64,000 nucleotides of DNA. Source: Pelagomonas calceolata (taxonomy: Eukaryota). A program made the position numbers and the translations under genes. Below are positions 11,441 to 22,668 of the stretch, one piece after another. The stretch lies in the NCBI GenBank assembly GCA_918797485.1, contig CAKKNE010000005.1, positions 558,001 through 622,000 on the forward strand. The letters are read 5' to 3'. Position 1 is the stretch's first letter. Every line of letters starts with the position of its first letter. The notes beneath the pieces are model-generated. The model was not told the DNA's origin and ran no database searches. It saw only the letters and a list, made by a program, of their open reading frames with translations.

Positions 11441-11667
11441 CAATCACTTTGCGGCTTGCTACTCGATCGGCTTGCTCGCCTCGATCGAAGCTTACTGCTC
11501 CCCCGAACATAGCGCTACAGCTCGCGGACGCATCAATCTTTCAAGCGCACGGCTCGAAGGTGTCGCCGGACGCCACGCAGCGACGCCCTTGCTTATTCGG
11601 CTGGCAAGCAAAGCACGCCGCGCGAAGACGCCGCCGCCGCGACCCACAATAACCAACGACAGCGGCC

Positions 11668-12618
11668 ATGGAGCACCGCCCGCCAATACCGCCAGTGCCA
11701 CAGCCCGTCGCGCCTCCACTCCAAAGGCCCTACGAGCCGCCGCCCTTGCTGGGGAACCCGTACGACACGTTCAATGGCCTGACTGCAGCGGTGGCCGCGC
11801 AGATGCCCGTCCAGCCGCCCATGGCCATCCAGACGGCCCTCCCACCACTCGGCGGCGTGCCCCAACAACCTGTACAACTCAAGCGGCCGGCCCCTGAAAG
11901 TACCCAGAAGAAGAAGAGGGTCAGGAGGCACTGGGACGAGTGCACGAATTGTGACTCGAAGCACGGCATGCGGTACGGGAGAGTCGTGAATCGACAAATA
12001 CAGTACCTGGGGTGTGACCGCTGCAAGGGCGATTATTTTGCGACCCATGGTGTCAAGCTCAAGGATTTGACGAGGGTCTGTGAATGTGGAAGTGGCAAGG
12101 ATCGGAGGTACGGCCCGAAAGGGGGCACGGCCGTCGCGTGCGTCGAGTGCAAGGACCAGAAAGTCTCCCAAGACGGGCAGCCTTTGATAAACCTGAGACC
12201 GTCCACGGGCCAATGTTCCTGCGGCTCGGGCAAGGTCAAAAGGTTCGGCTACCCTCCGACCCAGGTTGACCAAGGTAGGAAAGGTCCAAGCGCGAGGACG
12301 AACTGCATCGACTGCAAGACCGAAGGCATGGTCAATTTATCACTGAGTAAAAAGCCCGAGGAGTCCTGGGGCGGCAAGTGTTCGTGTGGTAGCGGGAAGG
12401 TGCGGCGGTTTGGTCTTAAAGGTGGCCCTCGCACGGCGTGCATCAACTGCAAATCGGACGCGATGATTAATCTGACCACCAAAATCTGTACGTGTGGTTC
12501 GGACCGGCAGGTGCGCTTCGGGAGACCTGGTGGGAAACCGGAAAAGTGTTCCCAATGTAAGAGTGAGGGCATGGTCGACCTCACGAAGAAGAAGGACGAG
12601 GATCCCGCGCTCGGGTAA
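11668..12618 (+). CDS. Cys-rich repeat protein, EsV-1-7-like
   Basis: About 5 repeats of CxCGSGKxxRFG...CxxCK..GMVxL after a Pro-rich N-terminus and a KKKR NLS-like patch. Confidence 0.7.
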   Translation: MEHRPPIPPVPQPVAPPLQRPYEPPPLLGNPYDTFNGLTAAVAAQMPVQPPMAIQTALPPLGGVPQQPVQLKRPAPESTQKKKRVRRHWDECTNCDSKHGMRYGRVVNRQIQYLGCDRCKGDYFATHGVKLKDLTRVCECGSGKDRRYGPKGGTAVACVECKDQKVSQDGQPLINLRPSTGQCSCGSGKVKRFGYPPTQVDQGRKGPSARTNCIDCKTEGMVNLSLSKKPEESWGGKCSCGSGKVRRFGLKGGPRTACINCKSDAMINLTTKICTCGSDRQVRFGRPGGKPEKCSQCKSEGMVDLTKKKDEDPALG

Positions 12619-12821
12619 TTTTACACATAGATATACTTAGTTGCGTCGATGGCGTGCCCCCCCACGCCGTCGCCGCATGCTGGTGGCTGCGCGCTCGGGT
12701 AATCACATAGTATACTTAGTATCGCGCCGTCGCGGCGATGGCCACGCCGTCGAGGCGGCGCGCGGTCGCGGCGAGGCGTGCTGGTGGCTTCTCCACGGCC
12801 TCCACGCTGCCGCGGAGGCGC

Positions 12822-14461
12822 CTAGAACGCCTCGCCCCGGAAGAAGCGCGCGATGAAGGCTAGAGCGGCTTCCGGTTGGAACGTCGGGACCATGTGGCCC
12901 GCCAGGCGGATCGTGAGGAAGGATGCATCCGGGCCCTTCGATGGAAACGTCTTGCCCGGGACGCTGTACGTCGTCACGTAGCCGGCCGGCGCCTTCTGCG
13001 AGCCTCTCTCGGCGTACCACGGCTGCCACGGTGCTTTTTCCACCAACGAACCGGCAGTCTCCAGATTTGTGACGAGCTCCTCGTTTCCTTTGTAGGGGAC
13101 GCATAAATCGGCGTCGCCGTTGTAGATGAGCACGCGCATGTGCTGCACGAGGTGGGGCCAGAGGAGCTGCGACGCGGGGCCGGATTGCTTGTACTTGAAC
13201 CCGCTTCCCGGGCCCTTGAGGTGGAGCGCTGCCTGCACGTCCGCCCGCGTGAAGTAGCCGTCGAGGGCGCTGTCGGAGCTGCAGTCCCAGGGGTAGCCTC
13301 CATTGACATCAAAAGCCGCTTCGAACGCGGCGTCGAGCTCCAAGCGACTCAGGTGCATGCGGCCGCGGTGGAACGCCCGCACGGCGCGCTGCGAGACGTG
13401 GGGATTCGTCGCGTGCCAGGCGTCGGCGAGCGGGCCTGTGTGGAAATCAAATTTCAGGCGCGCCACGCCATCGACGCGACTGTGCCCATTACTACACCTG
13501 AAAAAATCGAACCCACGGTTGATTTTCCACACAGCAAGGGACAGTCGTCGTAGATGTCGTAGATGTTGAACGGCCCCACAGCGTCCTCGGCTTGATCTAA
13601 CAACGTATTGCAGGCCGCCGACGCCCCGGCCACGGGTAACGAGTCGTCGTCGTCGTCGCCCTCCGCAATGGCGTCCCAGTCGCAGGTGGCCTGGATCTTG
13701 GTGTAGAGCTTGTCGGGAAGCATCCCCTTGCCGTAATATATGTCTATGTCGTTGCGCTCGGCGTTCGGCCCGTTGCACTGGACGCTAGTTTGGGTGCCGC
13801 CCCAACAACCATTTCCCACAGCTAATCCCGTGATCTTGAAACTATATGAAGACTGCAGCACGTGGTAGGCGATGTTCGGCACGTACTGGCCGGCGTAGCT
13901 CTCGCCCGTCAGATACAACTCACTGGACTTGTACTCGGGGAACTTCTCGAGGAAGGCCTCGATCGTGTGGGCGTAGGCCACCGCTTGAGTGACATCCGTC
14001 CACTTGCAGGCGTCCTGTTTCTTCCCGTCAATGAAACACGTCGAGTAGCCCGTCTGGGCGCCCGCGATCGTGGAGCCGGCCGGGCTCTCGAGGTACAACA
14101 TGTGCGCCGCCTGGTTCCAGGCGTTCTTCTCGTTGTAGACCGGGCCCTGGGCCATCAACTGGAACGGGCCCATCTCCGTCCAGGCCCCAAACACGGCCGA
14201 GCCGCCGGGCCCGCCTTGATGCCAGAGCGCGAGCGGGCAGTCCTTCGCACGGCAGGTGTGGAGCTCGTAGTGGATCGAGAGCGAATCGTAGCCCGTCGAG
14301 GCTTTTGGCACGTCGACGTCGAGGTAGCCGCTGTAGACGTCGAAGCCGAGGCCCTGCTGGAATTGCTCTTCGAAGCCCGGGATCGACGTGACGCGGTCGT
14401 CTTCTTTTGTTGCGGCCCAGGCAGTGCTCAGTGCCAGCAGAAGGGCGGCGGCGCGCGCCAT
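12822..14461 (-). CDS. Secreted serine carboxypeptidase S10 (exons 14461-13543, 13435-12822)
   Basis: WHQGGPGGS, GESYAG, LIYNGDADLCVP, AGHMVP, signal peptide. Confidence 0.92.
13436..13542 (-). mobile_element. Introner element (intron = 8-bp TSD + 99-bp TIR element)
   Basis: Sense strand: gtcccttg + ctgtgtggaaaatcaa...ttgatttccacacag | gcccgctc. Splicing restores DDCPLADAW. Confidence 0.85.
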
Positions 14462-14714
14462 CGTTGACCGCGCAGCGAGCAGAGATCAGTGAGTGTGTTT
14501 CAGGCACGTGCGTTGCACAAGTCAAGCGCTGCGGATTGTCTCGCGGCGCCAGCACCGTATTTCAGGCTGTGGCACAGGAGAGCAGCGCGAGGCCTCCCAA
14601 GCAAAAAAGCTACGCGACGCCTCCGGCAACGCAAAGGCTTGGTCAAGCAGACCGCCTGGGGTGCGCAGCGATCCGCAAGAGCAATAATTTGTCACCGCGG
14701 ACGCACAGCGCACG

Positions 14715-15503
14715 ATGCGACAAGCCCGGAGAGCTGTAGCAGCCCTCACCCGGCGCCAGCCGGCGCGCCCGCTCTTCACCGATCGCAAGTCGCTCTACCG
14801 GGGCCACCTGCCCACGAACCCGCTCCAGAAGCTCGCGGCGACGGCCATCTCCGCGGCGAAAGCGCTGAAAGACCCTCGGCGCGCCGACATGGTGGGAGTG
14901 TTGGGCGAGGCGACGGGGCGCGTTGCGCTCGAGAAGATCCGGAGTGACCTGAAGACGACGCGGGAAGGGAGGTTGATTCTTTCTGAGAGACCCGTGGTCG
15001 ACTCCACCACCATTAATGGCGACGAATTGCGGCAATTAGATGAAAACACCTTCGGCCACGCCTACGGGCGGTTCCTGGAGAGGTATGGTTTTGATCCTGA
15101 TGACAGAACTCCGGTAGCGTTGGTCGACGACGAGGAGCTCGCTTATGTGTTGCTGAGGTACAGGCAAGTGCACGATTTCTGGCACGTGCTCTTTGGCCTG
15201 CCGCCCACCGTGCATGGGGAGTTGGTCCTGAAGTGGTTCGAGCTCGTGCATACCGGTTTACCTGTGGCGGCGTTCTCGGCGCTGTTCGGGCCTTTGCGCC
15301 TGTCCTCGAAGCAACGAAGGCGGCTATACGATGCACACGTCCCCTGGGCTACCCGTCAAGGTCGGGCGTGCACGCAGTCGTTGTTAGCTGTCTACTACGA
15401 GAAATGTTTTGATGAGGACATGGATTTGTTAAGGAAGCGGCTCGGCGTGACCGTGGCGCCGCCGCTCGGGACGTCGTCGCCCAAGTCGGCGTCGTCGGCG
15501 TAA
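14715..15503 (+). CDS. COQ4: Ubiquinone biosynthesis protein COQ4
   Basis: DPRRADMV..LGE, RYRQVHDFWHVL, GELVLKWFE. Confidence 0.93.
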   Translation: MRQARRAVAALTRRQPARPLFTDRKSLYRGHLPTNPLQKLAATAISAAKALKDPRRADMVGVLGEATGRVALEKIRSDLKTTREGRLILSERPVVDSTTINGDELRQLDENTFGHAYGRFLERYGFDPDDRTPVALVDDEELAYVLLRYRQVHDFWHVLFGLPPTVHGELVLKWFELVHTGLPVAAFSALFGPLRLSSKQRRRLYDAHVPWATRQGRACTQSLLAVYYEKCFDEDMDLLRKRLGVTVAPPLGTSSPKSASSA

Positions 15504-15580
15504 GGAATGTGTGTGTACCTTTTGATAGGCGGGCAGTCGCTCATTCCCCCGGGTACTAGTCTATCCGGGTCACAAAACAC

Positions 15581-16310
15581 CTAACAACCCGCCAGCCCCC
15601 GCGTCTCGGCAACCGCGCGCCGCGCCAACGCCACAAGCGTCGTCCCATACCTCACGACGCGCGGCGGCGCCGTCGGATAGTTCGGATCATCGTCATAGCG
15701 GTCCATGTCTAAACCGCGCACGTTCTCCTGGACGTAGGCGTACACCCTACCTTTTTCGACGACGAGCCCGTCAAAGGGCTGGTGGAACGTGCGGCCCGCG
15801 CCGGCGTTCCCCGCATGTGTTACATCCAGAAATTTCGAGAAGTGCACGCCGTCGCACGAGAACGCCGCCACGATCGCATGCCGACCAGGTGATGACAGCG
15901 GGAAGAGGCCCAGCAGGTAACCGGCCACAGCGTTGACGGCGCCAAAATACAAGTTTTCAAATGAACGACCACCAACAAAACCCTCGACCTCGATGAGGCG
16001 GAAGGGGCCCCATCCTTTTGTACCGGGGTCGCCTCGATGCAAGGCCACCTGGACGTGCCTCCCACCAAACCGGCCCCGTTTATTGGACACACCATTCGCG
16101 TTCGCGCGGGCGTAGAGCAAATAGGCGCCGTCTCCTCTTCTCGCGACGGAGAATCTTCCATCAAACTCGCAGCGCGGCGCGTGCGTCTTTCTTCGCGTCG
16201 TCTCGCTTTCGCTTTCGAGTCGCTGGCGGATCGGACAGGCAGTGCATGCACGTCCGCGGCCTCGAGGTCTTCGGGACGATCCTGCCGCCGTGGCGGCTCT
16301 GACTCGGTCT
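15581..16310 (-). pseudogene. Gene fragment or unresolved 5' end, unknown family
   Basis: Open frame CEFDGRFSV...YLLYARAN...VAGYLLGLFP with no ATG before an upstream in-frame TGA near 16312. Confidence 0.4.
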
Positions 16311-16352
16311 CACGCCGTCCGTTGGGTAAGGATTACTAGGAGCCGGCCAGAG

Positions 16353-16374
16353 CTAGCGGCTTGTAAGACACTAG
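16353..16374 (-). promoter_or_regulatory. Conserved CTAG promoter motif
   Basis: Reverse complement ctagtgtcttacaagccgctag. Confidence 0.65.
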
Positions 16375-16557
16375 CAAGCCAAGCCAGCAAGCCAGCAAAA
16401 AAACCGCATAAGCTCTCGAATTACCGCGCTAGACCTCGCTCTAGGCGTAAACGCTGACGACTTATTCCAGCACGCCTTGAATTTCGTAGCAAAATCCATC
16501 GCTGCGGCGAGCAGCACGCACTACATTGCCATTGGTGCTGGACAGCACACTCGCAAT

Positions 16558-17947
16558 ATGGCTGAGAGCACCCCAATCACGGAGAGCACCACCACGCCAG
16601 ACGACGAGACAGCCAACCCGCTACAGATTGAAAGTGTAGACGAAGAGTCGCGCGCCTCAGAGGACACGGCCGGGTCGCTGCTCGAAGCCGCGCAGGGCCG
16701 GCCCCTGAGGCTGCCGGTACGGGCGGGCGCACACCGACAGACTGCGAGGGCGCCGTACTGGTTCTGGCTCCTCGGCTTATTGAATAACGCGAGTTATGTC
16801 ATTATGATCGCGTCCGCGAAATCGATCGACGCCGGCGGCGTCGCGGTTGTGTACCTCGTGGCCATCGGGCCGGGTTTAGCCGTGAAGGCGTCCGCGCCGT
16901 ACTGGTTCGATCTCGTTCGATACGAGAAGCGGTTGTTGGTGGCGGCTCTGAGCATGGTCGGCGGCTTCCTCCTCGCCGGTTTGGGTGCGCGGAGGCCCCT
17001 GCAGTTACTAGGAGTGGCGCTGACGTCGTTCCAGTCGGCGCTCGGCGAAGCCACTCTATTAGCTTTGGCGGCGCGCCACGACGAAGGCTGCGTGAGCGCG
17101 TGGTCGTCGGGAACGGGCTTCGCGGGAATTGTGGGCTACGGCTGGGTCTGGTTATTTACAAGGGCGCTGCGCTTCTCGATGGCGGCGTGTCAATCAGTGG
17201 CCGCGCTGTCGTTGCCGCTGTTGTATGTCTTGGCTTCCAGACGAGTTACGGGCGCCGACGAGATCCGGCCGAAGCGGCTCGGCTCGTTCTGGGAGCGGAC
17301 GAGGTTTGGGTTAAAACTCTGGCCGACGACGGGGGCCCTGTTCCTCGTCTACTTCTCGGAGTACGCGCTGCAGTCCGGCGTGTGGGCGTCGATGGGCGTG
17401 CCTCAACCGACGAAGAAGCATAGGCAGGATTTCTACCTGTACGCGAATTGGTTATATCAAGTTGGGGTTTTGGTGTCGCGGAGCTCGGGGCCTCTCTTCC
17501 CGACGCCGCCGTCCAATGCGTGGCTCTGGGCCGCGAGCGGCCTGCAGGCCGTGTTTCTCTGCCTCTTCGCCGTCGATGCAGCAACAAGGTACTGGTACGC
17601 GTCGTCGATTCTCGTGATGTGCGTGCTGGTCGGGCTGCTCGGAGGCGGTGCGGACCCGTGTGGAAATCAAGGTTCACGGAAGCCCCACGCCATCGCCGCG
17701 ACGGCGTGGCGCTGGCTCCGACTCACTGGTCGATGCTCGCACAGGGGTCTACGTCCACGGGTTTCGGCGCTTATCTGTAGGACACGAGCCGGAGCTGGCG
17801 ATGCCCGTGGGCGCGCTGGCCGCGGATGCCGGAATTGTATTAGCCAACGTCATGGGGTTGTTCCTCCAGGCGTGCCTCTACGAGGTGAACGGGATCGACG
17901 GCGCGGCCGTGCCCTGGCGGTTGCCGGGCTGCCGCGAGCGGTGGTAA
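16558..17947 (+). CDS. CLN3: Battenin/CLN3 lysosomal membrane protein (exons 16558-17647, 17745-17947)
   Basis: FWLLGLLNNASYVIMIASA, WSSGTGFAG, YQVGVLVSRSS, GLLGG|GVYV. Confidence 0.9.
17648..17744 (+). mobile_element. Introner-derived intron in CLN3
   Basis: gtgcggac + ccgtgtggaaatcaa...cgcacag | gggtctac; contains cgccatcgccgcgac. Confidence 0.75.
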
Positions 17948-18027
17948 TTGTATGTTCTGTGACATTTACTAGACCCTCCCCACGCCATCGCCGCAAAGTG
18001 CATACATAAACTTACACGAAGGGAGAA

Positions 18028-18781
18028 TCAGACGACCTCGGCTAGCGCCAAATCCGCCAAGCCCGCGGCGTCAACATCCTTCGAGGCGACGCGGTAGAGG
18101 GTCGCAGGCACCGGGCGCCGGCGCTGCGACGCGTAGAGCAACCCGAGCACGAAGCCGACGCCCATGCCCCCGGCCATGACGACGGCCGCGCCGGCGAGGA
18201 GGCACGGCAGGACGTCGTCGCGCTCCTCGACGACGTAGGTCTCCCTCTCGGTCTGAGGCTCGGGCGCATCGCGCGACTCGCGCCACGTCGCCGTCATACC
18301 CTGGGCAAGACGCAGAAAGTACGTGTCGCCGCGCGCGACCTTGTACTCGAGGTCCGGGACGCGGAGTACCGCTGCCGGCGGCGCGTCGTCGACGGCGGCC
18401 CGCTCGGTCTCGCCGCCGACGAGCCCCTTGACGAACTTGAAGAGGCCGCCGAGGCCGAACTCGTCGCCAAACTCGTCGTAGTCCTCAGCGGCCGACTCGG
18501 CGGGCGCCGCCGCGACTTTTTTGGCCAGGTAGGCCGCCTCCAGGGCATTGTACTGGGCCTCCCAGTCGCCGGCCGCGGGCGCCGCGGGTGCCGCGACGGC
18601 GACGCGCTCCTCGACCGGCGCCTCGGCGGCCGCGGGCTCCTTGGGCGCCTCGGCCTTCGACGGCCGCGGCCGCGGCGCGCTGGTCGCGCTCGAGGTCGAC
18701 GGGCGCCGCGGCGGCCTGATCGGGCGCCGCGACCGCGAGAGCGGCCACGCCCGCGAGGGCTATCATTAAGAGGCGCGACAT
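18028..18781 (-). pseudogene. Signal peptide + C-terminal TM protein with an apparent frameshift near 18655-18660
   Basis: MSRLLMIALAG...AAAAVE lies in one frame; KAEAPKE...YNALEAAY...LLAGAAVVMAGGMGVGFVLGLLY lies in another. Confidence 0.55.
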
Positions 18782-19182
18782 TATCTTCCGGGCCGCGCCC
18801 GCGGGTCAATTCAGCAAAAAACTCACTTTGGCTCTGAGAGGGGTCAAGCTCTCTGTGATCGGCGCCGGACAGCGCGCTCGCTTGCTTCGTGTCACTGTCC
18901 GGTCTGAAAGTATACTCTAAAATCCTCAAGTTGTCTCTGGCCTCGCGGAGTGGACAGAGCGAGGCGTTTTTTCTCGCCCGCAATGCCGTGCGAGGCTCTT
19001 GAAAAATCGAGCCGCACGACGCCTCCCGCAGGCCCCCATCGACTCCCCCAGAGCTCGAAAGCCGGAAAATGCGAGACGCGGGTCACGCGGCCGCGGACGA
19101 CCCCCACCACGCCATCGCCGCAATAATGTACCGCTAGCGGTACATTAGTCCGCAACGTACGGCAAACACACCCTTACTCCCA

Positions 19183-19814
19183 CTAGATCGGCTGCGGCCC
19201 GAGCAAGGCCGGCCCGAGCGGCGGCTGCGCCGGAGCGGCGGGCTCCTCGGTTGCGGCCGCCGCGGCCTGGGCAGCAACAACCTTCGCGCGCTTCGCTCTT
19301 TTAACTTTGTTCTCTCCTCTTCTTTTCTCCACACAAGTCGCCAGGAACGCTTCGAGGGGAGCGGCCTGGCGGTCGAAGCCGAGGCGCACCACGGCATCAA
19401 CCACATCGCGTCCGGTCATAATCCTCCTACCTGCGTGTGTCAAAAGCGTGATGGCACGCCGTCGACGCGACTCGTGTCCATCAGAGAAGGCGATGGGTGG
19501 TCTCTGGTCCAAATTTGGGCCGATTCGGACGCCGACGCACTACCCGCGGCGGCGCAGGCGTCGGAAGCTTCCGAGGCGACAAACGCGACAAACTCCGACG
19601 CGCAGTCTTGGGCCGCTTCCCGCGCGTCTCTCCCGATCTTCGCCTCGGGCGGGATCGCGGCCCTCATCACAGACGCTACGGTACCGACCGGCAGCAAGCG
19701 GTCAAGCTCGTCGTCGAAGAGGGTCTGGCCGTCCTCCGCCGTCTCCGGTTGGGTCGACTGGGGCGGCTTCTTCTTCGGGGGCTGTTGTGGCGGGGGCGGC
19801 GGCGGGGCCTCCAT
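19183..19814 (-). CDS. Histone-fold protein, NF-YB/Dr1 family (exons 19814-19544, 19430-19183)
   Basis: DRLLPVGTV..VMR, AKIGRDARE..QDCASEFVAFVASEA, then RRIMTGRDVV...LGF after splicing. Confidence 0.85.
19431..19543 (-). other. GT-AG intron, introner-related
   Basis: g|gtagtgcg...acacgcag|gtaggagg (partial TSD); shares a block with the SMU1 intron. Confidence 0.75.
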
Positions 19815-20393
19815 TTGGTGTTCGGCTGGTGCGCGGCGGCGGGCGTCCGGGGCAGCCGATGTTATGTCGTGGCCGGGGCGTCCTTGGGACGGCGGCAGCG
19901 GGGCGGCGGCGCGTCGGGGGGCCGGCGCGCGGGGGCCCAATAGCGAGGCGACGCCGCCTGCTCCAGATTTGGATGGCCGGCTAGTGGCGGAGTGCGCGGC
20001 CGCGGACCGCTCCCCGGAGTGGTGCCTCCGGGGCGCCCACGCCTGGCGTGGTCGCTGCGGGCGGGCGAGGCCGCGGCCATACGCGGCCGCGCGGCCATAC
20101 GCGGCCGCGCCGCTGCACCAAGACACAGACCGCCCCGAGGGATCTTCTAGGGGCTAGAGCCGTCGTTTTACGCGTGTTTTTCGGATTTCAATCGTCGTTC
20201 CGAGTACGTTTCGAACGAGTTCAGCGGCGTTTTTTTTACCCGGTCATCGACGCTCTGACCCTGTTTGCTCAGCGCAAACGTAATCGCAAACAAAACTGAG
20301 GCTGTGACAAGCCCCAAACTATCCGAGCTACCGATCGCTGGCAAGAATTGGAGAAAGAACGGCCCAATACAAAGCGTGTGTGCTCTGAGCAGC

Positions 20394-20831
20394 ATGCACC
20401 GACCAAAGCGGCGCGCCACCGCCCTCGTAACACTGACACTGCTGTCCCACGCGACGCCCGCAGCCGCATTAGCGCTGCGGACGAACTTCGTCGCGCGCCT
20501 AGCGGCGCCGCTCGCGCCGTTAACAACAAAGGACATGTGGATGGGCGCCCGCGCCTCAACGCAACCACCACCAGAAGCGCCGCTCGACGCCGAGGCCATC
20601 GAGGCCGCCCGCCTGCGCGCGTCGGGCCACGCGCACCTCCACAACACGATCGCGAGCGTCGCGCGCGCGACGACGCGGCGGCTCGACGGAGTGAAAGCGC
20701 CGCTGACCGTTGTGGGCGACGCGTACAAGAACAACGTCCTCCGCTTCAGGAAGCTCTGGCGCCGCGACCCGGCGGCGCCGGCGCTGTGCCTCGACGACCC
20801 GCAGGCGCTCCTCGTCATCCGGCGGCCGTGA
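20394..20831 (+). CDS. Hypothetical protein with a leader peptide
   Basis: ORF with a hydrophobic N-terminus followed by an AT-rich 3' region. Confidence 0.45.
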   Translation: MHRPKRRATALVTLTLLSHATPAAALALRTNFVARLAAPLAPLTTKDMWMGARASTQPPPEAPLDAEAIEAARLRASGHAHLHNTIASVARATTRRLDGVKAPLTVVGDAYKNNVLRFRKLWRRDPAAPALCLDDPQALLVIRRP

Positions 20832-20941
20832 TTGTTCAAAGACCCAAGCAAGCTGTACATTGTCAAGAACGAAGTCTCCCTGTCAATATATAAATAGAGT
20901 TTTCTGTTATTACACAACACACTGCGGGCGCGTCGATGGCG

Positions 20942-21496
20942 TCATGAGTGGCCGAAAGCTTTCAGCGTCCGGTTCCACACCGCGCTCACCAGCGCCTCGC
21001 GCCGCCGATCCGGCGGCCGCCACGGTTCGACGCCGCCGCAGGGGGCATGATCAACGCCGCGAGGCGTCACCACGGCGTCGCCGGGCGCGCGCGCGAACCA
21101 CGTCATGTAGGCCTCCCACGGGAGCTGACATTTGCCTAGCAGGCGCGTCGCGACGAAGTGCGTCAACGCCGCGAGCCGATTACCACTGCAGACCGCGAGC
21201 TCGTCGCCGCGCCGCCGCGCGTGCCACCGACAGCTTGCCACGGCCGCGCAGTGCAGCGTCCAGGGCGTCGCCGCGTTGATGTCGACGTCTTGTGATGCGC
21301 AAGCTCCCAGGTAACCCGTGGCCCACTTCGCACCAATCGTCGCGTTGACGGCGACCCAGCAGCCGTCGCCTCGCGGCGCTTCGAGCTGCGGGATCTCATC
21401 GCCCGGCTCGACGCAAACGGTGGCGTCCCAGGACGCGCGGAGGAGCTGGGCCGCGATGGCCGCGAGCGCTGCGAGCGCGGCGAGTCGTTGGAGCAT
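20942..21496 (-). CDS. Hypothetical secreted or membrane protein
   Basis: MLQRLAALAALAAIAAQLL leader; Cys/Trp-rich body. Confidence 0.5.
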   Translation of the reverse strand: MLQRLAALAALAAIAAQLLRASWDATVCVEPGDEIPQLEAPRGDGCWVAVNATIGAKWATGYLGACASQDVDINAATPWTLHCAAVASCRWHARRRGDELAVCSGNRLAALTHFVATRLLGKCQLPWEAYMTWFARAPGDAVVTPRGVDHAPCGGVEPWRPPDRRREALVSAVWNRTLKAFGHS

Positions 21497-21677
21497 CGCT
21501 GCGGTGATGGCGTGATCGCGTGTCGGCAGTCGGTGGCCTCTGCTCGGAGGCTAGCGTCCGTAGCGGTGCTCGGTGCCGCGCGCGCAGCAACTAGGTCTGT
21601 TATGTCCACTGGCTGACAGCCGGGGAAGTTCACACAATGCGTTTTTGGCCGCGCGCGCGCGCGCGCTCCGACCGCAG

Positions 21678-21697
21678 CTAGCGTTGTAAGACACTAG
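21678..21697 (-). promoter_or_regulatory. Conserved CTAG promoter motif
   Basis: Reverse complement ctagtgtcttacaacgctag. Confidence 0.65.
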
Positions 21698-22001
21698 CAA
21701 GCAGGCAAGCAGGCGCGCGCAACTCGACGCGACGCAGCCTGCTGGGCACCAGCGGCCACATTGCTGCCTAGAGTTGCCCTACGGAGCAGCTTGTCCGAAA
21801 AAGAGCGCGCGCCAAGTGCTGCAGAGGCGAGTACAAAAGCCAGCACTGCTTGTGCGCCAGCGCCACGCTCCGCGAAGCGCGCACGTTGACGCCGCCGAGG
21901 CGCGCTAGTAGTCGACGTCACACTTTTCTTGACGACGCTGCGAGCGGCGACGCGAGATCGAGCAGTGCGTCTCGACCGGGCGATCACCGCCGCCGCGAAC
22001 G

Positions 22002-22211
22002 ATGGCCTCGGACGGCAACTGGGTCTCCGCGCCCGCGAAGCGACGAGGAGTCGTAGATTACGTGAAGCTCAAATACTACCACTGGTGCCTGTGGACGGGC
22101 ATTTATATGCTCGACACGCGGGAACGGGCAGCTTTAAATAGCATCGTGCTGGTCCTGCTCGCGCTGCTCGCGCGGTACGTGCACCACCTCTTTTTTCTGG
22201 GCGAGCTCTGA
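22002..22211 (+). CDS. Serine palmitoyltransferase small subunit-like
   Basis: YVKLKYYHWCLWTGIYMLDTRERAALNSI plus a TM helix. Confidence 0.75.
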   Translation: MASDGNWVSAPAKRRGVVDYVKLKYYHWCLWTGIYMLDTRERAALNSIVLVLLALLARYVHHLFFLGEL

Positions 22212-22383
22212 GGGCGCGCGCGTTTTTGCGCGGCGCCGTCGTCGTCGTCGTCGCAGCGCCGCGCTCGGTTCCTCGACGATTGTTTCTGAAGCTGCAGGTT
22301 AACATGTCCCGTCGACTTGTGGGTAACAACTACTAGTATAGTTCAAGTTAGTACTAGTAGGTGCCGCGGAGTTGGCTGACATA

Positions 22384-22530
22384 CTACGAATTACTAAGTC
22401 GTTCCCGAGCACTTTCCAGCGCGCGCTGGGCACCAGCCGTCGTCGGATGGGAGTCGCCAAAGACGCGTCGACACCGCTGCTCGACGTCCTCGAGGATCGC
22501 CACAGCTTCGGTATATTTTCCCTCAATTTG
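22384..22530 (-). pseudogene. C-terminal TPR-repeat fragment
   Basis: YTEAVAILEDVEQRCRRVFGDSHPTT...ALESARERL*; no 5' part. Confidence 0.55.
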
Positions 22531-22537
22531 GAGGACT

Positions 22538-22668
22538 ACGCGGCCGTCCTGGCTCCGTCGAGCGGCGAGGAACCGACATCGCCACGCCATCGAGCAGGCG
22601 TCGCGTCGAGGCGTGGAGGTCGACGCGTCGATTCAGGACGAAAGCGCCGTAAATTGATATCCACACAG
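22538..22668 (+). mobile_element. Truncated introner (right TIR only), followed by orphan exon 22669-22904
   Basis: cgccatcgag core; ends aaattgatatccacacag; no left ctgtgtgg TIR. Left boundary approximate. Confidence 0.6.

Noticed and set aside
14462..14714. Expected CTAG motif in this divergent gap (also 8800-9272, 19814-20394, 27640-28104, 32252-32964)
   Set aside because: No convincing copy found, so the motif is common but not universal.
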